Positions 14,658-26,205 of a DNA stretch of 64,000 bases are shown here, piece by piece; position 1 is the first letter of the stretch, and every line of letters begins with the position of its first letter. Made by a program: the position numbers and the translations under genes. The notes below the pieces were generated by a model that did no database searches, had not been told where the DNA came from, and was given only the letters and a program-made list of their open reading frames with translations. The DNA is from Octopus vulgaris (lineage: Eukaryota), in NCBI GenBank assembly GCA_951406725.2, contig OX597818.1, positions 12,338,001 to 12,402,000 of the forward strand, given 5' to 3'.

Positions 14658-14777
14658 TTCTTCTTCTTCTTCTTCTTCTTCTTCTTCTTCTTCTTCTTCT
14701 TCTTCTTCTTCTTCTTCTTCTTCTTCTTCTTCTTCTTCTTCTTCTTCTTCTTCTTCTTCTTCTTCTTCTTCTTCTTC
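14658..14777 (-). repeat. (GAA)40 in frame in the Dong ORF (poly-Glu)
   Basis: Perfect TTC run on the + strand, translated as poly-E. Confidence 0.95.
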
Positions 14778-15166
14778 ATATTTATTAGGTGTTATGATTT
14801 CTTGTTTGTATTTGTCAGCTTCCTTAAATACTGAGAACAGTTTTTTGTTTTGCTCGTGTTTTGCCGCTATTTGTATCAGTTTTCCTTCCTTCTGAAGTAG
14901 ATATTTTTGCAGTCCTATGGTGGTTATTTTATAGTAGTTTTCCAGCTGTATAAGGCCTCTACCACCTTCTATACGTTGTATATATAGTCTTTCTATGTCA
15001 GATTTTGGGTGATGCATCCTAGATCCTGTCATTATTTTTCTTGTTTTCCTATCTATTTTGGTCAGTTCATTTAGTGTCCAGTTAAGGATATTGTAGCTGT
15101 AACTTATAACTGGGACAGCTAAAGTGTTAATACCTATTATCTTGTTTTTAGCATTGAGCTCTGTTT

Positions 15167-16618
15167 TTAGTATTGATCTAACTCGTCTATAATATTCTTT
15201 TTTATTTTCTCTTTCATTTGTGTGTGTTGTGTCTTATCTAATTCAGGGATTCCCAAGTATTTGTAAGTTTGGCTTTGGTCTAATTCTTTTATTTCATTGG
15301 TTTTATCTAGTGTGATGTTGCTACTCTTAACTAGTTTTCCTCTTTTCATGGTTACTTTGGCGCACTTTTCTAATCCAAATTTCATATCTATTTCTTTGGT
15401 AAATCCATGAACTGTCTTTAATAGTGTTTCCAGCTGTTTGTCATTTGCAGCGTATAGTTTTAGGTCATCCATATATAAAAGGTGGCTGATCGTTTTGCCG
15501 TAACATTTATATCCGCATCCAGTTCTATTTAGCATATCAGATAGAGGTGACAGTGCCAAGCAGAAAAGGAGTGGAGAGAGCGTGTCTCCCTGGAATATTC
15601 CTCTTCTAATGGGGATGGCTTTGGTTTTCATGACTCCATCTTTTGTTTGGAGCTGTAGCACTGTTTGCCATTTATTCATAGAGTGCCCTATGAATTTTAT
15701 AAGGGTTGGTGCTACTTTGTTAATGGCTAGTGTTTCGAGGATCCATGTGTGGGGGATTCTATCAAACGCCTTTTTGTAGTCGATCCAGGCCATACTGAGG
15801 CCTTTCTTCTTTCTGTGGCTGTCTTCAGTTACGGCTTTATTAATCATTAGTTGATCTTTACAACCATATGAGCCTTTGCGGCATCCTTTCTGCTCTTCTG
15901 GAAACAGGTTGTTTTCGTCTAGGTGCTTGTTCAACCTTTGCGATATCACTGCAGTAAATGCCTTGTACATTGTAGGGAGACAGGTTATTGGTCTGTAGTT
16001 TTCTGGTTTTTCTGTCTCATTTGATTTGGGAATTAAGATGGTTTTCCCCTTCGTGAGCCATTCATGCATTGTCTCTGGCTCCTCTAGTATGTTGTTAAAG
16101 TTTCCAGCCAGCTTTTTGTGCATTCTTGTTAGATATTTCAACCAGAAGTTGGGGATCTTGTCATGCCCAGGTGCCTTCCAGTTGCTTAGTCTTTGCAGTG
16201 CCTGGGTGACCTCTTCAGTTGTTATGGGGGTCCAAAGTTGCTCAGATGCTGAGTTTGTTGTTTTAATCCTCCTTTTTGTTTTTGGTTGTTCGTTCGCCGA
16301 CCATATTTCTCTCCAGAATTCTTCCACTTCTTCTGCCGTTGGTGCTGCAGTGATTTCTATTTTATTTTTGCCATGTTCCTGGTTGAACTTTTTGGGGTTG
16401 GAGTTGAACTGTTTCTTTTGTTCAAAGAAGCACTGGCGCTTCTCGTACCGGCGGATCCTTTGTGCTTTGGCAAGGATATCTTGCTTCAGTTTTTCTTTTA
16501 TCTCAGGTAAATCTTTTTCTGTGATGGTATATTTGCGGAGTATTTTTGTTTTCTTTTTGTTGCTCAGTAGCGTTGATTGTCTACTGATTTCATTAAGAAT
16601 CAACAGATCTTTTCTCAT
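15167..16618 (-). pseudogene. Reverse transcriptase segment of the Dong ORF
   Basis: 483-aa open stretch carrying the RT core motifs including YMDD; bounded by frameshifts. Confidence 0.92.
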
Positions 16619-17932
16619 TTTTTTGTATTTTGTTTTGGATGTTATTTATCCACAGGGTTTGTTTGGGTGGTGGTACTCCTGTTTGGATGGGTTTGAGTGA
16701 GTATCCAGCTTCTTTTGTGGCTGCAGTGGCTGCTGCGTATACTAAGTCATTTAGCTCAGTGATATCGCTTTTTGTTTCAGTGGCTATTAGTTCCGTGACG
16801 GCTAGTTTTATGCTGTTTATAATTGGTGTTGTTGTTTCGTCTATTTTGATTTTTGGGAGGTATGGTCGGTGGTCAATTTTGAGCTCTGTGGTTTTCAGTT
16901 CTTTGATTATTTTACTTTTTATATTATCCTAATCATTAGGCTCCTCTTCGTTGTTTCCAGGTTTTAGCTTTGTGTCGCTTTCTTTCTTATTTATATGTTT
17001 GTTTGCCGTGTTTTGGCTTGCTGTTTGTCGTGTATTATTATGCATCCTTACGGTCTGGGTTTGTTGTTTTTTTGTTTACATCGTGTTTGTTGGGAATGTT
17101 ACGTTTGTCTTCGTGTTTTACTGTTTCAGTGTTATTATTGGGCATTGTTGTGTGGCTTCTATCTACATTTTCTTGGTGTATTTTTTCTTTTAGATGTTCT
17201 ATTTCTATTTCTGATATTTTTTTTGCGTTGAGAATGTATCTTCGTACGTTAGCTAATTTATTAGGGTTCATTGTTGTATCCAAGTCTATATTTATGTTAT
17301 TTTCCTTCCATATTTTATATGTATGTGTTGTTGTGTTTTCATTTTTTGGGTAGAGCACTGCTGTGAAGTATGCGTGTAGGATAGAAATGTATTCCTCACG
17401 TGTCCATATAAGTCTCTTGGGTTTTATTTGCGGGACATGAGGAACAACGTCCGGCCCATTATTTTGACGGTCGTCATTTTCGTAGGGTACCGGTCCGTTC
17501 ATTTCTGTTGTCACATTGTTTTTCACGTGTAGTTTTTCGTACATTTTGTGTTGTAAGTTTAAAGTACGTACCTCCCGATTATTATTCTTGGGTTGAATAA
17601 TATCGGTGGTATTTAATTTCTTCGTAGTTCCTTTGTACATTGTGTTTGGGGTCGGGGATGATCTGGTGTTGATGGTTCGTGATGTCCACGCATGTTTACA
17701 TGTGTTGTGTTAGAGGTGGAGATGATATCGAGTCAAAATACATAATTTCGTTTCGAAAATAGTAATAAATTTCAATTAGTATTACTTACTCGGATACTGT
17801 CCAATCCTTTGTTAGTAAATCTTTGGCTTCATACGATGTTCTTGTTTTCGATGTTTGTGGATAGATTTCGGAGCTCTGTTTTATCCTTCTTACATCTTAA
17901 ACGTCCCCCGGTGTTCTGAACGTCCCTCGGTG

Positions 17933-18057
17933 TTCTTCTTCTTCTTCTTCTTCTTCTTCTTCTTCTTCTTCTTCTTCTTCTTCTTCTTCTTCTTCTTCTT
18001 CTTCTTCTTCTTCTTCTTCTTCTTCTTCTTCTTCTTCTTCTTCTTCTTCTTCTTCTT

Positions 18058-18085
<28 letters not shown>
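17933..18085. repeat. (TTC)51 microsatellite
   Basis: Perfect run between two Dong elements. Confidence 0.95.
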
Positions 18086-18087
<2 letters not shown>

Positions 18088-18088
<1 letters not shown>

Positions 18089-18337
18089 TTTTCCATCTTT
18101 CTTCAAATGTTCTTCCGTTTCTCGCCGAGTGTTTCCCGTATACCTAGGGCAGAGAAGCTCATTGTATGCATTCCCAGATTACACACGCAAATTTATAGGT
18201 AAAATATGTATTTAAAAATAAATAAATAAATAAATTCATGAATGGATATTGTTTTCACAGCGATAATGCTCTTCTCAGTATATGAGCCGTTCCAGTTAAT
18301 ACGATTTTTTGCACTTCCTGTAGGGATGGTAAGCCTG

Positions 18338-18338
<1 letters not shown>
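18088..18338 (-). mobile_element. Severely 5'-truncated Dong LINE 3' end, flanked by (TTA)n 18339-18424
   Basis: PGLPSLQEVQKIVLTGTAHILRRALSL* is homologous to the C-terminus of the adjacent element (PGLTNTYNIQKIALLGTAHILRRRLSIQ). Confidence 0.85.
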
Positions 18339-18424
<86 letters not shown>

Positions 18425-18569
18425 TGCTTAGCGGCATTTCCTCTGGCTTTACGTTCTGAGTTCAGATGTCACAGAGGTCGACTTTACCTTTTATCCTTTC
18501 GAAGGCGATAAAATATGCACTAGTCAACTTACCTACTACCTTAAAATTTGAAGTCATCATTATTATTAT

Positions 18570-19899
18570 TGTTGTTCTTGTTGTTGCTGATGCTATTCTC
18601 ATAACCTTCAGGTTCCTGAAAATGTGTGTAGCACCGTCGTTTTGCGATATAGAACTGTCTTAGTATACTACACCAGTTTTGATTTGTCATGGGGAAAGGT
18701 TTTGTCGATTCTGGCTTAAGTGTATTATTTTGTTGGGTGGTTACGGTTCGTAGCTATCGTGTGTTGGATGCTGTTGGTTCCAGTGTTACTTGGTGATTGT
18801 ATAGAGTATACGGTGTGTGTGTTTTGTGCTGCATTTTTGTATAGAATGTAAGTTGTATACAATTGTGATTGTATCGAGTATCTGTCATGTAAGAGTGTGT
18901 GTTGTGTTATTATATTAGGTGTTTATCACGTAGAATACTTACTGTATGAATTGTATTATTCTATTAGATGGTTATTGCCTAGGGTATACTTGTGTGTATG
19001 TGTGTGCGCACATATGTGAATGTGTGTGTGTATGTGTGTATGTGTGTGTTGTGTGTATAGACTGTGCCATTTGAGGTGCGATATTTGATTGAAAGTGTCT
19101 GGTGTCAGATGTGAGTTGCACATCAAACCATTTTGGAACTGCGTATAACGTGTAACTTGGAATGGCTTATATTCTTTTGTTCATATTTATCACACCTATT
19201 GGTCCAATTATTGTTGGTACTGTTTTTTACTTTTACACTCCAGATTCCGTTCATTTAACTTTCAGAGTTATTTGAATACTGACAGCTTTTCGAGTACATT
19301 TTGATTAATATGTTGATCAGAAGGGATTGCGATGTCACGATGTCGCGGTGTCAAGTCATTGGTTATTATATATGGACAGTTTCAATTTGGATAGAAACAT
19401 CTCGCACGATCGCGGCTTGTTTGTTGTCTTGTACAGTGTTTAGTGTATATTTATCTCATGTTTTGTCTATTTTCACGTGTTGGTCTATTGTCCAGTTGAC
19501 TGAGCTACCGACTCGACCGCCTCTGCGAATATATTCCTATTTTGCGAAGACGAGGGAAGTAAAGAAGGTTTGGTCAGTCGTCTCATTATACTGAATCATA
19601 GTCTGTATCTTTCTCACTCTTTTATGCTTTAAGTATTTATGAAATTTGTTGTATGGTAGCTAGAGTTGGACGTAGTATTCTTTTTATTCCAGATAGTGAG
19701 GGCAATTACTAGCTTTTACTCCGGCTTCTTTTTTATCTTTTCTTGTGGTTATTGACCATGGAGTGTATATCTTTTCAGTTTTTTTCTTTCGTATATTACG
19801 AATTCTGATTTTGATTTCTTTTTATAAGCAGATCTGTTGTTTCATTCTTATCTAAATCATGTTTCAGTGGAGATAATTTCCAGATTGTGTTTATCATTT

Positions 19900-19946
<47 letters not shown>

Positions 19947-21600
19947 ATTCATTGTTCTTTCTTTATGTTTTCTTATTAAACTTATCAATTTCTATTTTAC
20001 TCTTTTACTTGTTTCAGTCATCTGACTGCGGCCATGCTGGAGCACCGCCTTTAGTCGAGCAAATCGACCACAGGACTTATTCTTTGTAAGTCTAGTACTT
20101 ATTCTATCGGTCTCTTTTGCCGAACCGCTAAGTTACGGGGACGTAAACACACCAGTATCGGTTGTCAAGTGATGTTGTGGGGAGGACAAACACAGACACA
20201 CAAACATATGCACACACATACAGATATATATATATATATACATATATACGACGGTCCTCTTTCAATTTCTGTCTACCAAATCCACTCACAAGGCTTTGGT
20301 CAGCCCGAAGCTATAGTAGAAGACACTTGCCCAAGGTGCCACGCAGTGGGAATGAACCCAAAACCATGTAGTTGGTAAGCAAGCTACTTACCATACACCC
20401 ACTCCTGCGCCTGTTAATTTCTAGGAATTCTATCTGTTCTTATTGCTAGCATTTTCTAGAAGCCATTTCATTTGTATTCGCCCCAGCTCCCTTAGATGTA
20501 AATAGATGTATTCTATGTATATCAGCTTGGATGAGTTGGCTTCGGATTGCTGTTATTAGTTTCTTAGTTTTACTCTCTATGCGCTTCAATTCGCTTAACT
20601 TCCAGGTTATTATGATGAAGCTGTAGTTTATGACTGACTTGCCTAGCGTTTTTATATCTACTAACATTTCTAACATTTCAGTTCAGTCTTTCAAACTAAC
20701 TTCGCTCTTCTATTCTTATCTTTCTTAATTTTCTTTGTCATTTCTCTGTGTTGTATTTTATTAGTTTCATCTGCTTCTAAGTACTTGGAAGTTCTCTGAT
20801 TTCGGTATCTGTGACTAATTTAATGTTCCCAGGTTTACTTAATTTCACAGTATTTATTGTTGTATTTGTATTCCTGTCTAATCCCATACACATTTTTGAG
20901 AGGAATTTATAGACAGTTTTTCATACGTTGGCGTAGGTTTTCCTTAAGAAGAGATGGCTTATAGCTTGTCCAAAAAATATGTACACAAAGGTAGTTTCAT
21001 GTAAGGTAACTGGAGGCTCTCACTAGGATATTAATCTCCTTATAAGAACAAAATTTGCTTTAATTATCTCCTCTTCGTTTTGTAGTAATATCATTCATTA
21101 TTTTGATTTGGTGTGGTTAATATAATTCGTTAGTATTCAAGCTACTTATGTTGAATATCTCCAGTATATAGGAGTGTGGAATGCAATCAAATATTCTTCG
21201 GTAATCAATCGAGACCATGGTAAATTTTGTTTTCCTCTTTTTACTGGCTTCCATAATCACTCAGCGTATTAACGTTTTACATTTATAAATTCAATTCCTA
21301 CCCTCTTCCCATTCTTCTGTTAATAAATTATTGTTATCTAGATGAGTAACGAGACTCTCTTATGTCTAAAGGTTTTCTATGTTGTTGTCAAACTCGTTAT
21401 GGAGTTACAATCATGTGAGTTTGGAATATTTGACTTCGAGAATTACTGAAGTCCTCACTCTCTTAAAGCAATCAATCAATCAAGTCTCGATTCTAATCTG
21501 CTCATCACTTTATTGATTGCTTCTCTCATATGCCTATGGCTGCTGCTCAGCAGTTTCAGTAAAGGCTTGGAGTTCTCCATACTACGAGCTTTCTAATTAG
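18570..21600 (-). mobile_element. Old decayed R4/Dong LINE, interrupted by a SINE
   Basis: Remnants MVSIDYRRIFDCIPH (about 21200), VINYSFIIITWKLSELKRIESKTKKLI (ORF 20446-20676) and TVPTIIGPIGV (about 19200). Confidence 0.7.
19995..20412 (-). mobile_element. SINE family 1, full length
   Basis: GGCGCAGGAGTGG head with B-box-like GGGTTCATTCCCACTGCG, internal (TA)/(TG) tract, and GGCGGTGCTCCAGCATGGCCGCAGTC tail. Confidence 0.92.
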
Positions 21601-23799
21601 GTGTCGATTGCTTCAACCACTAAGAACGTTGGTCTGGTGCATATATTACAATCAAAAGAGGAAGATATTATTCGTTTCAAATTTTGGCACAATGCCAGCA
21701 ATTACGGAGTAGGGGCTAAGTCAATTACATCAATTCCAGTGCTCGACTTTTACTTATTTTATCGACTCCAAAAGGATAAAAGGCAAAACTCAGCCCTCGG
21801 CGGCATTTGAACTCAGAACATAAAGTCGAAAGATATATCGTTAATCATTTTGTCAGGCACGGGAAAGATTCTACCAGTTCGTCACCTTAAAGGAAGAAAT
21901 TATTAAATAAAAGAAATAATCAACCTCATCGAAATCCTAGTCGAATTTCTTGTCTACCTCCTCCACTTACTCTACTTTTCCTCCTCCTCCTCCTTGTTTC
22001 TCCCCATCCTCCACTCCTCCTCTCCTCATCGTCAGAAGATATTTTCAATAGTTAAAGCGTCGGAAGAAAGACTTTGTGGTATATCTTCCGGTTCTTTACG
22101 CTGTAAGTTAAAATCTCGCCGTTGTTTTATTCCCCCGGAGTCTGTATAGTAAAATCCTTGCCAAGTACCTGGGTAGATAGCATCGACTAGACCCTCTCAT
22201 CAAAATTATTGGCCTTGTGCCTAAATTAGAATTAGTTATTAAGATCATAATATAATTCAATTAATATCATATAATTTACATCACACAATTTACATCAGGT
22301 AATTAAGTGCCATTCACAAGTGTTTCGACAGGAAGAATGCAAGCAACCTTTATGCACATAATATCCTAATGCTTGTGTGTCACGAACGGGTGGTATTTGT
22401 TTAATATAGGTTAGAATATGGATTTCAACTTTAATCCCAGACCCGGCTAGTCTTGTGTGTAAAGAAGGAGTCTTAATCATTCGACATATTGTATTTTATG
22501 ATACCAAAACGTATAACCAGAAAATACTGGAAAATAATTATTACTGAAATATTTCAACTCTGAAAACATATGAGAGAAAGTTATCAGGGTATGTTGAAAC
22601 CAATACATCATTTTAATTATCACTCATTACGATGCATTATGTTATTTACAAACGAACAAAGCAAATAATATTGTTTCGTTCCCTCTACAGCATCATGCAG
22701 TTTATTAATTACTGCTATTAGTTTTGGAAGCTAAACATTAATAATTGATGCTCGACTGGTAGTCTGTACTCTGATGACAATGGAGCATTTAGATAAACAG
22801 ATATTCATTTTAGCGATATTGAATTTAGTGAACCTGAAATAGATAAACTGAAAAATGAAGAATATGAGTTAAAAATAAAAGATTAAATAAGTTACTCTCC
22901 CCTTAGTTTATTCAACCGTAGTTAAGGCAATTCACTTGTCGAAATATGCAGATTTATTATGAAAAAGAAAATGACAATTCATGTTGCTTTTATTTTAAAA
23001 AAAATTATTACACTGCAATTAGTGGAAATTCATGGAATACTTATTAGTGAAAACTAGTAGAATATTAATTAGAGAATTTGTATTTTTTCGGAAGCAAGGC
23101 GTAATTGGTTGTCAGAAAAGATTTTACAATAACCACGAATCTAGAAGTAATTTACGACGATATAAATTAAAAAGAACGCAATAACAAAATAACAAAAAAT
23201 CAACAACAACAACAAAACAAACAAAAAATTAAAGTAAACCAACTTTGTTTTCGTAAAATAAAAGTTACTCAAACTATTTTTTAGGTATGTGATTGGTTAC
23301 TGGCAATATTCCTGTGAATGTATAGCACTATAAATACATGCAGAAAAAAAAAAGACTTATGTAGACACAGCATATACACTTATCTCCTGAAACTTGAAAA
23401 AAATATGGTGCCACAAAAATTAGCAATGAAGTTCATTGCGAATATTTTCTGAAGTTTTGCAAGTAGATTGAAGTAACAATAGTTAAATAACTTGCCCAAA
23501 GGCATCATATATTTCTACTCTGCACAAAAAGCAATATTGTATTATTGTATTGCATTATACATTCCTTGAGGCACTAAACATCATTTATGTCAATGTGGTA
23601 CTCATAAAATATTGTATTTAAAAATATAAATGTTTAACATCTGCTTCATACTTTCCGTGTCTCCCATCTCTCTCTCTGTCGAAAGTTTTGCTTTAACTAA
23701 CTGTCTCCCAGTGTGTTTCTGAATTTCCCTGATTCGATCTCAATGCGCTACATAAACAGATACACATTACACGCATTAGCAGACACGCAGACAAATATA

Positions 23800-24092
23800 T
23801 ATTCTTTTATTCTTTTTCTTTTAATTGTTTCAGTCGTTTGACAGCGACCATACTGGAGCACCGCATTTAGTCGAACAAATCGACCCCAGGACTCATTCTT
23901 TGTAAGCCTAGTACTTAATTCTACCGGTCTCTTTTGCCGAACTGCTAAGTTACGGAGACGTAAACAAACCAACATCGGTTGTCAAGCGATGGTGGGGGGA
24001 CAAACCCAGACACACAAATACATACATGCGTATATATATACATGCATATATATATATACATGCATATATATATATATATATATATATATACA

Positions 24093-24133
<41 letters not shown>

Positions 24134-24170
24134 GCATATATATATATTTATATATATATATACATACACA

Positions 24171-24218
<48 letters not shown>

Positions 24219-24385
24219 GATATGCGACGGGCTTCTTTCCCTTTCCGTCTACCAAATTCCCTCGCGAGGCTTTGATCGGCCCGAGGCTATAGTAGAAGAC
24301 ACTAGTCCAAGGTTTCACGCTGTGGGACTGAACCCGGATCCATGTGGTAGGGAAGCAAGTCACCACAAATCCACTCCTGCGCCTA
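23800..24385 (-). mobile_element. SINE family 1, full length with expanded internal (TA)n
   Basis: Same head and tail as 19995-20412. Confidence 0.92.
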
Positions 24386-24534
24386 TATATATGTATAATA
24401 GTGCACGTGCATCCCTCCCCCAACACACAAACACACAAATACTTACCAAAAACAAAAGGGTAGCTGAAGGATTGAGAGCTCCGTACATCAGCATGGTTTC
24501 AGGACAAAATCCCTCCGAGGACAAAATCTGAGGC

Positions 24535-24767
24535 GGAAGCAGCAGCAACGTCAACATCAGCAGGCTTAATAACACCAACAAATGTACCACCGGCAGCACA
24601 CGCAGAGGGAGTAACACTATCGACGCGGCTCCACCTCCAGTGGCACAGCCACTAACTGCCCCAGCCCCAGCACAACCAGAATCAGCACCATCGGCAGCAG
24701 CAGCAGCAACAACAGGGGCACCGACGGCAGATACAACATCGACAACTACAACCGCAACAGCAACCGC

Positions 24768-24815
<48 letters not shown>

Positions 24816-24900
24816 AGCAACAACAGCAACAACAGCAGCAACAACAACAGTACCGACAGCAGCAGCAGTAACAGCAGCAACAACAGCACTAGTAGGCACG
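24535..24900. repeat. Degenerate (CAA/CAG)n trinucleotide tract
   Basis: ACA/GCA repeats with a pure (CAA)n core at about 24767-24813. Confidence 0.8.
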
Positions 24901-24920
24901 GCACCGATTCCAAAGAAATA

Positions 24921-26160
24921 TCAAGTCATCCCATAAGTTCTGTCCGAATTTTGAAGAATGAAAACAAGTGATCAAATGTTATATTTAATTGAACTTTAAT
25001 CATCAATGGACTTACCCTGATTATCTATGACTTCTTTCCATCTATTTACAAGCTTTTTAATCCCATCAATGCAAAATTCTTTTGGTTTCAAAGCGAAGAA
25101 CTCTGAAATGTCAGTTTCAACCTCCTCCTGTCTTGCGAAAGTTATGTCACCCAAATGATTCTGTAAACTACGGAACAAATAGTAGTCTGAAGGAGCAAGG
25201 TCGGGAGAATAAGGTGGAAGAGGAATTTTTCCCAACCAAGCTCTTCGATCTTCTGTGATGTGATATTTGCAGTGTGGGGTCGCGCATTGTTCTGATGAAC
25301 CATCACCCCTTTTCGATTCACTAAAGCGGGTCTGTGTTTTTTCAAAACTTGGTTCAAATGCTCTAATTGCTGACAGTAGACTTGAGCATTGATTGTTGCA
25401 TTAGGTGGTAACAATTCAAAGTCAATTACTCATTTGCAATCCCACCAGATAGAGAGAAGAACCTTTTTTCCATGAAGTTCCCTTCTCGGTTGTGGTTGAG
25501 CTTTTTCCCTTTTACCAAGCCACTGTTTACGACGTTTAACATTTCGATAGAAGATCCATTTTTCGTCACCAGTCACAAGTCTATGCAAAAAGGGTGAAAT
25601 GAGCTGGCGAGAATGCAGAGAATAGCGATGTCAACTCGGAATTAGCGATTGAGTTCGGACAATTCATGAGGCACCCATTTTCCATGTATAGGATCCTTTA
25701 CAAGTTGTTGAAGATGACGATGAACAGTTGTATGGTTTGAACTAAGCTCTGCCAATTCTTCAACTGATAATGCAGGATTTTCTTCAAGTAATGCCCCAAG
25801 GAGCTTATCATGAAACTCAACTGGCCGTCCTGTTCGATTTTCATCTTCAAGGCTGAAATCTCCACTTCAGAATTTCGCAAACCATCTTCTGCAAGTTCTT
25901 TCATTCAAGCATTCTTTCCCATAAACTGAGTGCATGTTTCAAGTCGCTTCGGCTGCAGAGTTTCTTTTTTTGTACTGATAAAGCATTATGTGCCTCAAAT
26001 GCTCTTTGGATACTTCCATGTTAGAAAGGGTTTTAATCAATGAAATTTTTATTCTATTATTCTGTAAAATAATATTTAATTAGTTTAAATGTACACAAAT
26101 GCATAAAAATAATTTTTAATTCTATTAGACATTCTAAAACACTATTGAATCTCATTCAAT
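24921..26160 (-). mobile_element. Mariner (DD34D) transposon with decayed transposase (ATG 26019 to stop 24996); only one TIR recognisable
   Basis: Motifs VTGDEKWIFY, HQNNARPH and PPYSPDLAPSDYYLF; TA followed by TCAAGTCATCCCATAAGTTCTGTCCGA at 24919. Confidence 0.9.
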
Positions 26161-26171
26161 TTGTTTGAAAT

Positions 26172-26205
26172 TTTAAGGTGTTTCCTTTATTTTGTCCAAC
26201 CCCTG
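26172..26205. mobile_element. Orphan Tc1-like TIR fragment
   Basis: Reverse complement TA-CAGGGGTTGGACAAAATAAAGGAAACACC; no partner seen. Confidence 0.45.

Larger units (their letters stand above)
13693..17932 (-). mobile_element. Near full-length R4/Dong-clade non-LTR retrotransposon (RT + CCHC knuckle + restriction-like endonuclease), frameshifted
   Basis: ORF pieces 17640-17038, 16618-15167, 15032-14091 and 14061-13822. Motifs YRPITCLP, WIDYKKAFD, GIFQGDTLSP, YMDDLK, CRICGDGQETINHIISSC, KPDIV and KLSKY. (TAA)n tail at 13693-13724. Confidence 0.93.

Noticed and set aside
24640-24936. Mucin-like Thr/Ala ORF
   Set aside because: Derived from a degenerate CAA/CAG tract, has a GTG start, shows no splice support and runs into the mariner TIR
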